A DNA stretch of 64,000 nucleotides from Eledone cirrhosa (lineage: Eukaryota): contig OZ024740.1 of NCBI GenBank assembly GCA_964016885.1, forward strand, positions 223,138,001 through 223,202,000, given 5' to 3'. Under the pieces are notes generated by a model. The model was given only the letters and a program-made list of their open reading frames with translations. It was not told where the DNA came from and searched no databases. How positions within the stretch are numbered: position 1 is the first letter of the stretch; the number at the start of each line of letters is the position of its first letter. A program made the position numbers and the translations under genes. Shown piece after piece: positions 26,270 to 38,287 of the stretch.

Positions 26270-26536
26270 GGCAATCGATTAGCTGCCCTTAGTTCTGACG
26301 TCACGTTCTGACAACAGTAGCTGAATGCACTCTCTTTCCAACTTTTGTGTGTTGATGCGAGCAGACGCATTTCACTGTGGCGAAACAGCGATATCACACC
26401 ATGCGGTCACGGGATATTTGAACACCGCCACAAAATGATAATTACGAATTACCAATCAAGGAGCAACTGATATGATAACCTATTTTGTTTATTGCTCTGA
26501 TTAAAATGCTCATGTACATATAATCTCGAGGTATGT
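26270..26536 (+). promoter_or_regulatory. Candidate promoter and non-coding first exon
   Basis: Local CpG enrichment, a perfect TGACGTCA (CRE) at 26296-26303 and a donor-like GAG|GTATGT at 26531. Confidence 0.3.
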
Positions 26537-26724
26537 TCTTTTTGCTTAATTGTTTACCTACACCTAACACCAAATAGAAGAGATGTTCTAGCAGCCAAGC
26601 TAGGGAAACGAACTCCCCTCTAAATCATAAAACAATGCAGCCTTCTAAAATGGTGACCATCTCTCCTAAAAAACTCTGAATGAAAAAATTAAGGGATGGC
26701 CATGACTGGAACAACTCCCATATA

Positions 26725-27030
26725 TCATCATCATCATCATCAGCGTTTTACGTCCGTTCTTCCACGCTAGCAAGGGTTAGACATGTTGTCCTGTTGTGGG
26801 CATGTCTGGTCAGCTAACCTTGTCTTGCTCATACGGGAACTGATTCTGGCTTGATTTCTACAGCTGGATGCCCTTCCTAACACCAACCTCATTTACAGTG
26901 AGTGCTGGGTGCTTTTTTACCATGGCACCTCCACGACCACTTTGCAGTGGAATGATAGGGACCCCAGTCCTATCATCTCATTTCTACAGCTGAGTAAACT
27001 GGAGCAATGTGAAATAAAGTGTATTGCTCA
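26725..27030 (-). mobile_element. SINE (headless) with RTE subfamily 2 tail
   Basis: Reverse complement of the 27992 SINE body; the tail matches 42970-43075. Confidence 0.85.
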
Positions 27031-27654
27031 ATATATATATTGATTTGGAACTGATGTGTAGTTAAGTAGCAACAACTAATACCTTATATTCAAGTTTGTT
27101 GTTATAAAGTGCTAGGCCTGATCAGGAGTCCAATTCCTAACAGTTCTTCTGTACTATGGTACCTGGTTATATTCCTAGCTCATTTTGTTATTTCAATGAA
27201 CTGAAAACGTTCAATAGTAAATGAGCCAATGAGGAAAACTAATGTGATTTCTTGGTGTTAGAAATAACAACTAAATATCTCAACCTGCTATCTTAAATAT
27301 CAAATTAAAATAACACATTAGCTAATGTTTATGATAAAATGCCTTTGATTTTAAGGGTTTGTTTAGGGTTTCATAAGTATTACATTTCCACAATTTAGAA
27401 AGATACCTTCACTGGTTACTTAACCAATAAAGAGATAGTTATATGAAACCAGATGAAATAAACCTAATTAGGATGTTATGTAGCATGAAAGAAATATTCG
27501 GTTGTCCCCAAGATTTGTTGGCCACTCAGCAAAAACCTTAATCTACTGAATCTATTCAAACATAGGATGCAGACTTTATGAATGCTCTAACAGGAATAAA
27601 TCCAAGCAAGACCGATATATTGATGATGATATTATATTAAATACAAGCTATTTC

Positions 27655-27965
27655 CCTTGTTTGCAAGGAAGAGAACTGAGTGATACATTTCAATTTCCTT
27701 TACTTTCCCCTTTTGTTTAATTTTTTTCTTAGTAACAAAATTTAATGCAATTCAATTTGTTTAGTTCGTATCTACAAGATGAATTTGTTTCTATATTATA
27801 TTTGTGTCTTCAGCATGGAACAAATAACTGCTAGAATTATTTTTAGATTCAAGTTTTTTGTTTTAAGTTAAGTGGAGAGAGAAAGAGTGGGCGAGATAAT
27901 GAAGGAGAATAGAGAAGGTAATATAAGGTAGTATAGGACAAGAAATAGAAAAAATCCAGTCAGAA
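27655..27965. repeat. Diverged direct repeat, copy 1 (copy 2 at about 29284-29630)
   Basis: TTGCAAGG.AGA.AA.TGAGTGATA.ATTT ... GGACAAGAA ... TCCAGTCAG in both copies. Confidence 0.65.
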
Positions 27966-27991
27966 TTTGCATTCTGATTTTATTTATATTA

Positions 27992-28338
27992 TGGAGGCAC
28001 ATGGCTTAGTGGTTAGAGCATTGGCCTTGCAATCGAAAGGTTGTGAGTTCAATTCTCAGACCGGGTGATGTGTTGTTTCCTTGAGCAAGACACTTTATTT
28101 CACATTGCTCCAGTTTACTCAGCTGTAGAAATGAGATGATATGGACTTGAGTCCCTATCATTCCACTGCAAAGTGGTCGTGGAGGTGCCACGGCAAAAAA
28201 AAGCACCCAGCACTCACTGTAAATGAGGTTGGTGTTAGGAAGGGCATCCAGCTGTAGAAATCAAGCCAGAATCAGTTCCCATCCCACCCTTGCAAGCAGG
28301 GAAAAGTGGACGTAAAATGAAATGAATGAATGATGAAT
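27992..28338 (+). mobile_element. tRNA-derived SINE with CORE/Meta-like central domain and RTE-derived tail
   Basis: A box TGGCTTAGTGG, B box GAGTTCAATTC, CCTTGAGCAAGACACTT domain, GGAAGGGCATCCAGCTGTAGAAA, and an RTE 3' end; near-identical copies at 34305 and 56512. Confidence 0.9.
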
Positions 28339-28628
28339 ACGAAACTAGACCACAATCATCTTCCGTACAAGTTTTTCTATTTCCTATATTCCTTTTCTTT
28401 CAAAGAAAAGGAAAGGAAAAGAAAAAGGTGAGACACACACAATACGTAACACAGCATCAGATTCACTCACTGTATATTTTTTTGCTTACTGAGAAAGGGC
28501 AATTCTTCAAAATTATGTCTCCATGTAGAATTTCTTCTATCATCAGTTTGTTTTAGTTTGTTTTTTGTGTACAAGTCATTTTGTTTGAGTCATCATCATT
28601 TTATGTCTGTCTTTTATTGCATGGGCTG

Positions 28629-29285
28629 AAATGAGAGAAACCAAGAATATTTGAAAATTTTAGGTACAGCTATACTACTTAGAACTATTTAGAATATATG
28701 TTGGATAGATAACTAGCAAGATAAAAAGGGAGGTCATTTTCTGCTTGAGAATATTAAGTCTGTATGCTTTGTAGCTCACTTTGTAGCTCACTGAAGAAAA
28801 GGCTGGAAGGGTAGTCACAGTCCCAAGCTAGAAAAATCAGAGATCAGAGAAATCTCACTAAGCTCATATGTTCCATATTTGCTGTGGTTTCTACATATAA
28901 ATGCATTACCTACCACTAGCTATCTAATAGCTTGTCCTGGGAGTGCGTTATCATAGCACCAGCACTAGAGAGATTATCATATATGTAGCTATACTGAAAA
29001 GTCCTCTCTACCCTATATTGTTTCCGTTTGATCACCAACCACATTATAGGTGGTACTGGGTGCATTCTATCATGTCACCAATACTAATCTCCAATATTTC
29101 ACTATATTCACTTTTAGTACCACGTTTTTCTTCAGTGAGCTACAAAGCATACAAACTTAATATTCTCAAGCAGAAAATGACCTCCCTCTTTATCTTGCTA
29201 GTTATCTATCCAACATATATTCTAAACAGTTCTAAGTAGTGTAGCTGTACCTAAAACTTTCAAATATTCTTGGTTTCTCTCATTT
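28629..29285. repeat. Long inverted repeat (arms 28629-28800 and 29126-29285)
   Basis: The arms are reverse complements with a handful of transitions and an 11 bp duplication in the left arm. Confidence 0.92.
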
Positions 29286-29689
29286 TGCAAGGGAGATAAT
29301 TGAGTGATATATTTCCTTTTTCTTGCCTTTCCCTTCTTACTTTTTGTTTGATTTTCTTCCTCAAATTATGTTCATCAAAGCCACATATATTTTAACTAAA
29401 TTTGATAAAAATTGTATTTATTTTATACCCACGGACAAATTTGTTTCTTCATTTTTTGTGCATTTGGTACAGAAAGACTCATAGATTTAGATTTCATTTT
29501 TATTCTTTTGTTTCAAACTGAGTAGATAGAGAAAGGATGAAAAAGATAATGAAAAAAATATAGATAGGTACTATCAGATAACATAAGGACAAGAACTAAG
29601 AAGAAAAGAAGTTTTATTCCAGTCAGGACTTAGGTTCAGGTAAGATAACTGTCACCCTCACACTGTCTATTTCCTACATGAAACTTTCA

Positions 29690-30460
29690 TAGATTACATG
29701 CTTTCTCGCTTACCATAAAAAAACATGGGACATTCGTCACAAAATGTCTGGTATTGAAAAAAACAAAGGAAACTGGTGATGGAAGAACTATTATAAAACC
29801 TATCATATTAGATTATGGTGAAGCAAACCATATTGATTTTTACTATATGCTACTTAAAAATTTGTTTAAATGTGCCTTGGCTTGTAAAGTGTCCATCTGT
29901 ATCAGGAAACTCAGCTATTCTAAATATATTCACATTATTGGTGTTGTTGGTGGCGATGTAATATCATAAATAGCATTAACTTTGAAATATAAGAATTGTG
30001 GTTGTATCATGCACTAGAGATTTCTTCCTGTCATATTAAATTTTATTACATTGTCTTAATTTGGCACTTATTAAACGGCATCTTCAGAATTGATCCCTGG
30101 GGATTAGTTTTTATTATGGATTTCAGAATTTCTGCTAAAGGTAGCTAGTTTAACTTTTTCAACTGTTTCTGAAGCCTATATCTAAACTTTTGCAAAAATG
30201 ACATAACATCACAAAACATTCTAATTCATTCATTTCTAACATATATTAAATATCTTAGATTATGTGGGGAACCTTGCTAGGAGTAATATTCATAAAATAG
30301 TGGGGAAGAAGAAACAAAGCTTAATGTATATTCCATTTTGTACCAGAAAATGTCTTTCATCTTCAAATTCTGAGATGCTTCACATTTGATGTTATTTTAC
30401 TTAAGTGTATCATCTGACAAAAGATGTTCATTTGACAATCGGAGACCTGAAAACACCAAT
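29690..30460 (+). pseudogene. Possible decayed piggyBac transposase fragments
   Basis: IKPIILDY.....ID resembles KP..I.DYN....VD (about 29790-29840), and KMS..LQILRC.HF resembles MSR.RF..ILR.LHF (about 30348-30390). The order is not colinear. Confidence 0.3.
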
Positions 30461-33231
30461 GAAGGACACAGACATCTGGCGAGGGAGAGTAGACTTGGAA
30501 TAGGCAATTCACCCAATCTGATGTATCTATGTAATTATTATATAGCATTCATTTACAGGACGTATCAAAATGGCTATATTTCAAAAGGTTATATTTTTGA
30601 AACAGATGATCATACAATCATGTTGTAACTTGTAAAATATATCTCTGAATATAATATAAGATTTTATTCATTTTAATAACTTTTATAAATCTTTATAAAA
30701 TGATTTACATATTGAGCATTTGTAAAAATTGTAAATAAAATTAGATGATTCTTTTTAGTTTCAAAAAGAATTATGTCAGCATATAATTTATCCTGGTATA
30801 ACACCAATCACAATACAAAAGTAGTCATTGCATTGTAAAGGATTATTGCACTGACAAAAAAAAAGTAAGGAGGCGTTGACAGTTATGGTATGTGATTACA
30901 ATCTAAATTTGACAAAAGATTCGAAAGAAAGAAGTACCAAAAAACAATATACTAGGATCAGTAATTATCTACCCTGAATATTTACTGGTATTATCATAAC
31001 TGGCTGAGTTTAGAGCAGTTAAATTGTTTGAAAATCATTAAAAATAAAATAATGGTTTCTGATTTAGGCACAAAGCCAAACTCTAGCCTCAAGTATCTTT
31101 CTTCTAAATTGTATACGAAGGTATCGAAAATGGCTATTATCAAGACCTTTTAGTATAAATTTAGACTTAATCATGAAGCCACCAATAGTTTTATTATATG
31201 AAGTTTATTTTAAAATGCTTCTATTTAATATAAAATCTTCCTTGAGTAATTTAGTTATATTGCTAAATTCCTAAAAACGTCTTGATTATTTTCAAAATTA
31301 TTTGAAAAGCATAGGCAGTGTTTCTCATTATAAATGTACCAAAAGGGTTAACAACCTATTCCAAAGGTGTATTGGTTATTTAAATACAAGAAGAGAACCT
31401 GTATTTATATGTATATATGTATATGTGTGTGTGTGTGTATCAGTTGAGTTTCATCTCATATATGTAAAGACTTAATAGCCATTCTTTGCATCCATATTTT
31501 ATGGGAAACTATTTAGAACAACAGCCATGACAGTGTTATATATTCAGTAGGTAAATATCAGTTTGGGGAATAAAATAGTGCATGTATAAATAATATTAAC
31601 ACATACACAGAAGAAAATAAATTCATCCCATCTGACAGGCATTAATTGAGGCTAAACAGAAAAACTGTAAAATCATATTTATGGGGGGTCAGGTAACCAA
31701 ATCAAACATGGTGATTACAAACATCCATTTAAATATTATAGGTATATTCTGTTGAATGAATACACAGAGGGAGACAAAAAGACAAAATCATTGTCACAAT
31801 TACATTAAAACCAATATTATTGTTGTCTCCTAATTTTCTGCAAATATTCAAAGTACCAATATCAAATAATGGAAGTTTAGCCATTAATTTCTCACAAGCC
31901 CCTTCTACCTGATGGAAACTTGGCTAGCTTAAAATCGATAATACTTTAAACAAAACGGCTGGCAACACAAGCAACTGTAATGATTGCAATTTGGTTTGCA
32001 TGCATGACCTTCAGTAACAATCATGTGTTCAAAAGAAGGACTGCTACAAAGATTCAGTTTCAAATTTCAATATCATTTTCCTAAGTAGATAAGGAACTAC
32101 AGCAATTCTCATTGTGTGTAGAACTGAGACAAAAGGCTGAAATGCATAATGAATATGATCTGGTTTATTTAAAACCTCTATTAATGTGCAGATAAAGTGG
32201 ACAAAATAATTAACCCTTTCATGACCATATCTCTAGATAGACCAGCTATATGATTATATTTATTTTCAATATAATCAAAACCTTGGAGGAGGTCTCTTAA
32301 AATATCTGTAATTCCTTCCCACCTTCTCTCTCTCCCTTTCTGTGTGGGTGGGTGTGTGTGTGTGTGTGTGTATGTGTGTGTGTGTAAGTGTGTGTGTGCA
32401 CGCATGTGTGTGTAACTTTATATGTTAGAATAACAAGGCCTCTTCTTATAAGCCTTGGTGATAAATTGTGAGAATATGCTACAACATGCTTATAATGCCA
32501 TTTCCTCTGCTAAAACAGAGCTTTGGTTTGTGGGTCCCATGACAAGCATATTCATTTTGCCTTATCATCAATATCCTCCTCATCAACCTCCTATCTTTTA
32601 TTTCCTCCTCCAACATCTTTGGCTATATCTTTCTTTACTTCCTTCTTCATATCTTTCTTTACTTCCTTCCTCATTAATTTTCATCACTTCTCACACCAAT
32701 TCATTTTAACCTAGCCATGCCATTCCATTTCTCATCATAATATTCATCAATGATTCTATTCCTATCATCCTTTTCAATTAATTTTGTCATCCTCTCTCTG
32801 ACCAAAACTCTGCTCATGCACTTGATCATTCTCATTTCTGTTCTTTCAAGCCTCCATATTGCTTCACGTTCATCGTGACACTTCCCTTTTTAAGCCATTA
32901 TGTTTCCCATGATCACTATGAAGGGAGTAAACTAAATATAGACTATAAAGCAAATTATCCTAATTTCTACTTTTGATGTTTTGTAGTTAGCATCAGTGTT
33001 AGTGTTGATGATGCTGTTGCTGCTGCAAATGTCATTCCCACCATCATAGAAACACAAGTTATTGTTTCTAAGAGTTTCCAAGGCTAGCTAAATTCCATTA
33101 GACTAGCCACCTTTCTTGGACACTTCAAAAATCATGCCTGCTGGGAACAACAAGGACCCACAGATATGTTCTGAATATCTCAGTCTGCAGGTAGCAGCTT
33201 CATGTTCATTTAGGCAAATTTTTCAGTTAAA

Positions 33232-33490
33232 TAACTGTTTCTACTTTTAGGTACAAGGCCAGCAATTACCCAGTGCATTACTGGTACTTTATTTTATCAA
33301 CCCCGTAAGGATGAAAGGCAAAGTCAACCTCGGCGGGATTTGAACTCAGATTGTAAAGGGACGTAACTTGTCAGTTAAATAACATCAAGGATTGAGAGAT
33401 CAAATTCATAATAATAATAATTATAATAATAATGGTTTCTATATTTGGCACAAGGCCAGCAATTTGAAAGTGAGGGAAAAGTCAATTATA
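33232..33490 (-). mobile_element. Nin/Deu-domain SINE fragments
   Basis: CTGGTACTTTATTTTATCAACCCCGTAAGGATGAAAGGCAAAGTCAACCTCGGCGGGATTTGAACTC, plus a second 3' piece at about 33432-33490. Confidence 0.75.
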
Positions 33491-33684
33491 TACACAGTAA
33501 TACAAAGGCAAATATAAAAAGCATTCAAACTAAGTACCTGTAGATAAACACAAACTTAAGGACAACCACACCTATTTTAAGGTTCATTTATTCTAAGCAA
33601 ACAAAGGAATTTCATTAAATTAAGTGGCTATATTAAAATGCTCTGCTGAAGAATTTATGGTATCAAAGGATGGCAAAGTCTGCA

Positions 33685-33747
<63 letters not shown>

Positions 33748-34304
33748 CATAGATATATATAGAGAGCTCATAGATCGGACAATACACTGTTTTGTGTGGG
33801 GTAAGTTTTTATTAATTTTCGTATTCTGAAAGATCAAAATACAACATTTTTGCTCATTGAACTCCGGGGAAATGTTCTGACAAAAGCTGTGGAAGCTACA
33901 TAAATATTCCATATATTTTTCCAGAGCAATCTCTATTTAAACTTTACATTTTACGTTTACTTGTCCCCCATTGCAAAATGGGCATAAATTCAAATTTTGA
34001 AAAGAGAGGATAAGGGACAAGTGAATTATGAACTTGATACATCTCACTGCCCCCCGCCCCGCCACCACAATAACGTCTACACTCGCTCCCCACCACCACC
34101 ACATATGTCATTACCCTATCTACACTAAGGTGTCTGACCTGTTGACAAACTCCTTTCTCTGTGTTGAATGTGTATATATATATATATGTATGTGTCTATA
34201 TACGTATATATATATCTCAGTCGATGCGACCAGATTTCAACACAGCACAGCAACAACAACTACAACAACAACAACAACTACAACAACATATATATATATA
34301 TATA

Positions 34305-34703
34305 GATGGAGGCCCATGGCTTAGTGGTTAGAGCATTGGGCTTGCAATCGAAAGGTTGTGAGTTCAATTCTCAGACCGGGTGATGTGTTGTTTCCTTGAG
34401 CAAGACACTTTATTTCACAATGCTCCAGTTTACTCAGCTGTAGAAATGAGATGATAGGGACTGGGGTCCCTATCATTCCACTGAAAAGTGGCCATGGAGG
34501 TGCCACGGCAAAAAAGCACCCAGCCCACACTGTAAAGTGAACGTGTAAGCACCATGGGAAAAAAAGCACCCAGCTCTCACTGTAAATGAGGGTGGTGTTA
34601 GGAAGGGCATCCAGCTGTAGAAATCAAGCCAGAATCAGTTCCTGTCCCACCCTTGCAAGCAGGGAAAAGCGGACGTAAAATAATGATGATGATGATGATG
34701 ATG
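34305..34703 (+). mobile_element. tRNA-derived SINE (same family as 27992) with an extra internal repeat unit
   Basis: Near-identical head, core and tail; ends in (TGA)n. Confidence 0.9.
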
Positions 34704-34757
34704 TATGTATATATATATATCACTGACCTGTTGCTAAACTCCTTTCTCTGTGTTGAA

Positions 34758-34788
<31 letters not shown>

Positions 34789-36965
34789 GTAGATAAATCT
34801 ACCAAAATGTACGGTAGTGTCCAATCCGTATGAAGAACTCAATGTAATTCGAATATCATGAAAAGAGAAGATGTATTCAAAAAAATGTTTCGATGAAAAT
34901 TAACGGAAAACAGAGTGAAGATAAATTAATAAAATAATGAATAAACAAAGAAACAGTTCCTTATATTAAAAAATTCATCATTGGTTTAATAATATTAGAA
35001 ATAAATCTTCTGCTTCATTTCTACAATTTGATATAGATAATTATTATTCCTCTATATCACCTATACTCCTGAACAAAGCCTTGATATTTGCTAAAACTAG
35101 ATCTAACTTAACTTTGGACGACATTAATATTATTACACATGCTAGACAAACACTATTGGAATTTCAAAATGAATACTGAACCAGAAACACATATAGTAAT
35201 CTATTCGATATTACTATGGGCTCAAGAGAATCTGCCCAATTTACTGATCTTGTGGGCCTCTTTCTTCTTTTTAACATAAATGCTTCCTTTCCCCACCTTA
35301 AAGGTGGTTTATATCGTGACGACTGTCTTCTTCTTTCCAATAACCTTAGCCTTTCAGAGATAGAAAAAAATAAAAAGCATATTAGAACTTTCCTCAAAGA
35401 CTATTATAGTCTAGATATTACATTTGAAAACACAAGTAAAGTAGTTAATTTCCTTGATATAACATTAGACTTATCTACAGGTATCTACCAACCTTACCAT
35501 AAACCTAACCAAAATTTACATTACATACACTCACAATCTAATCACCCTAAATCTATCCTTAAAAACCTTGCATATAATATCTCACTTAGAATTTCTAACC
35601 TTTCGTCTAACCAGGATGTATTTGATAAAATGCGACCTTTTATAACGAAGCTTTAGCTAGAAGTGACCACAAAAATAAATTAGTATATATACCTTGTACC
35701 AATAACACTACAAACATACAACCTAATATTACCAACAAACACCAAATGAAACATACACACCTAAATGCCACTCACACTATACCCCAAAATACCAACATAA
35801 AACCAAATTTCTCTAACTCTTCTAAAATACAATATAGTAACTCTAAAAAAACTACTCATCCTACTACTCTAATAAATGTTAATAAAAAAACTCCTAATAA
35901 ACAAGCTAAAACACCTAAATCAATAAATCTAACTAAAAATGTGTGTGGTGAAGTCATTAACAATAATTCTCTTAATAAACATCAGGATACATCCTATAAA
36001 AACAATAAAGAACATCGAAACCGTAATAGGCGAGTTACTTGGTATAATGCTCCATTTAATTTACAAATTAAGGATAATATACCTCAAAAAAATTTTAATA
36101 TCCTAGAGATGAACTTCCCGCCAAACCACAAATACCATCAAATTTTAAATAGATCAACGGTTAAATTATCCTACTCAACAACCAAAAACATAAAACAAAA
36201 TATAAGTGCCTATAATGCATATAAATGTAAAAAAACCATGAGTATACCACCAGTACATCAAACTAACCATAATATCTCCTCTGATATAGGATTCACGAAA
36301 AGTTGTAACTGTAGAAACAAAGCAAACTGCCCATTAAAAGGAAATTGCCTTGTTAATAACATAGTATATAAATGTAAAGTTAACACTAAGGACTCAATTT
36401 ATTCATATATAGGAGCTACCTCTAACCAATTTAAGGTAAGATTTAATACCCACAAACATAGTTTTAAAAATGCTGCATTAGTTAATACAACATCTCTAGC
36501 TGAAATAATTAATAATTATAGAAAGAGGAATATAGATTATGACCTGACCTGGAGTGTGCTCAAAAGGGCCACCCCTTATCAAAATAATAGATATGAATGT
36601 AGATTATGTTCCCAAGAACTTTTTGAAATAATGAAATCTAAGGATATCCTATTAAATAAGCGACAGGAATTAATAATATCGTGTAATCATAAACTGAGAA
36701 AAACCTTTAAATATTATAAACCTAATTAATATACATTTTAGAAATTAATATAAAAACTATCTTTAATTTAGTTAACCTATAATTAATATTCTACTACTGA
36801 TGAACTACATCATTTTACTTTCCTTCTTACAACTATCTTTTCCTAAAATTGATACCATTAAGTAAACATATATAATGTTTTAATTTCAGGTTATGATTCT
36901 ATGTTCCTTGAAATCTCTATATATTTATTATTCCTCACTAATAAATTTAACTCCCACCCCCCAAA

Positions 36966-37024
<59 letters not shown>

Positions 37025-37297
37025 TTTTTATATATATATTTTTTTTATTTCCCCTCGTCTTTACCAGCACTCTTCAATTACATCTAACTCTTATTTATCA
37101 TATCTATATGCATTAATATAATTTTATCAATATAAATATACCCATCTATTAAATTAATTTATATTCTTTTCATGGATGTAAATTCCATATATATTTTTTT
37201 CACTAACACTTTTATCGTAAAATTTTAGTCTCCTTCGATATTTACATTGGCATTATTCTTTTATAACGGCAACTTTTCGTGTTACCTTTTACTGACC

Positions 37298-37764
37298 TGA
37301 CCTGTTTTCACCCCTAAAATAACCTTTTCAATCTTCAACTCCTTCCATTCAAAATTGAAATCTGCCTTCTTCTACCCCTAAAATAAACTTCAATTACTAC
37401 TATTTTACCATTTGGCCAATTATTACCTTTCTATTGGTTAATTCAAAACCTGTTCCCAAACAGACCTACTATATTAAATCTTTGTTGGTTTATTCAATGA
37501 ATAAATATAATTATTTCTGAGGTCAGCATATGACCTATTTTCATCCCTAAAATAATCTTTCATTCATAATATTCTTTCCATCCAAAACTGAAATCTACCT
37601 TCCTCTACCCATAAATTAAGGTTCTTTTACTACTATTTTACTATCTTGACCTTCACTATCTTTCTATTTGTCAATTCAAAACCTGTTCCCAAACAGACCT
37701 ATTGTATTAAATCTTTGTTGGTTTTTTTCAATAAACAAATATCATTATTTCTGAAGACAGCATA
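37298..37764 (+). repeat. Two-copy tandem repeat of about 233 bp in the PLE 3' UTR/pLTR
   Basis: TGACCT.TTTTCA.CCCTAAAATAA ... AATTCAAAACCTGTTCCCAAACAGACCTA ... ATTATTTCTGA.G.CAGCATA occurs twice. Confidence 0.9.
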
Positions 37765-37879
37765 TATATGTGTAGGTATGTATATTCCCTCTGATAGTTT
37801 GTAAAAATTTTACATAGATATATAGGATATGCATACCAACACTAACATATATATCCTAGAAACGATCGTAAAATGATGA
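37742..37879 (+). ncRNA. Type I hammerhead ribozyme with long stem II
   Basis: Stem I TCATTATTT/AAATGATGA; core CTGAAGA (37751-37757); about 100 nt stem II hairpin; GAAA (37859-37862); palindromic stem III ACGATCGT; GTA cleavage triplet ending at 37870. Confidence 0.75.
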
Positions 37880-37974
37880 ATTTTTTAATATGAGGAACTG
37901 TTTCTTTGTTTATTCATTATTTTATTAATTTATATATATATATATATATATATCAGTCGATGCAACCAGATTTC

Positions 37975-38287
37975 AACACAGCAACAACAACTACAACAAC
38001 AACAGCTGCAACTACAACGGTAACTGCAACAACAACACCAGCAACAACACCATTGTCTGCAGCAGCAGCATCAGTGAAATGAACAACAACAACGGCAGCA
38101 GCAACAGCAACAGCAGTAGCAGCAGCAGCAGCAACAGCAACAACGACAACGACAACAACGACAACAACAACAACTGCCATCACCATTACTGACACCATCC
38201 ACCACCACCACCAACACCACCATCACTGACACCATCCACCACAACCACCGACACTATCCACCACCACCACCATCACCATCACCACTA
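37975..38287. repeat. Compound trinucleotide low-complexity tract (CAA/CAG/CAC)
   Basis: Directly visible repeats. Confidence 0.9.

Larger units (their letters stand above)
34790..37932 (+). mobile_element. Penelope-like element, Nematis-type, 5'-truncated with an inverted 5' segment, inserted in (TA)n
   Basis: FLQFDIDNYYSSI, FDITMGS..SAQ.TDLVGL, GLYRDD, VNFLD, SNHP, VTWYNAPF, CNCR....CPL.G.CL..NIVY..YIGATSNQFK.R...H..SF, C.LC..E, LLNKR.E...SC.H. Has a stop at about 35177 and a frameshift at about 35630. 34921-34982 is the reverse complement of 37872-37932. Confidence 0.92.

Noticed and set aside
27992-28070. tRNA-like sequence with A and B boxes
   Set aside because: It is a SINE head followed by core and LINE tail, and no complete cloverleaf is evident.
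35177-35179. In-frame TGA in the PLE RT as possible selenocysteine
   Set aside because: It appears to replace a Trp codon, the copy has other lesions, and no SECIS was recognised.
36795-36830. CTGATGA after the PLE ORF
   Set aside because: No stem II or GAAA follows.
37953-38198. Poly-Val/Ala ORF
   Set aside because: Antisense reading of a trinucleotide tract.
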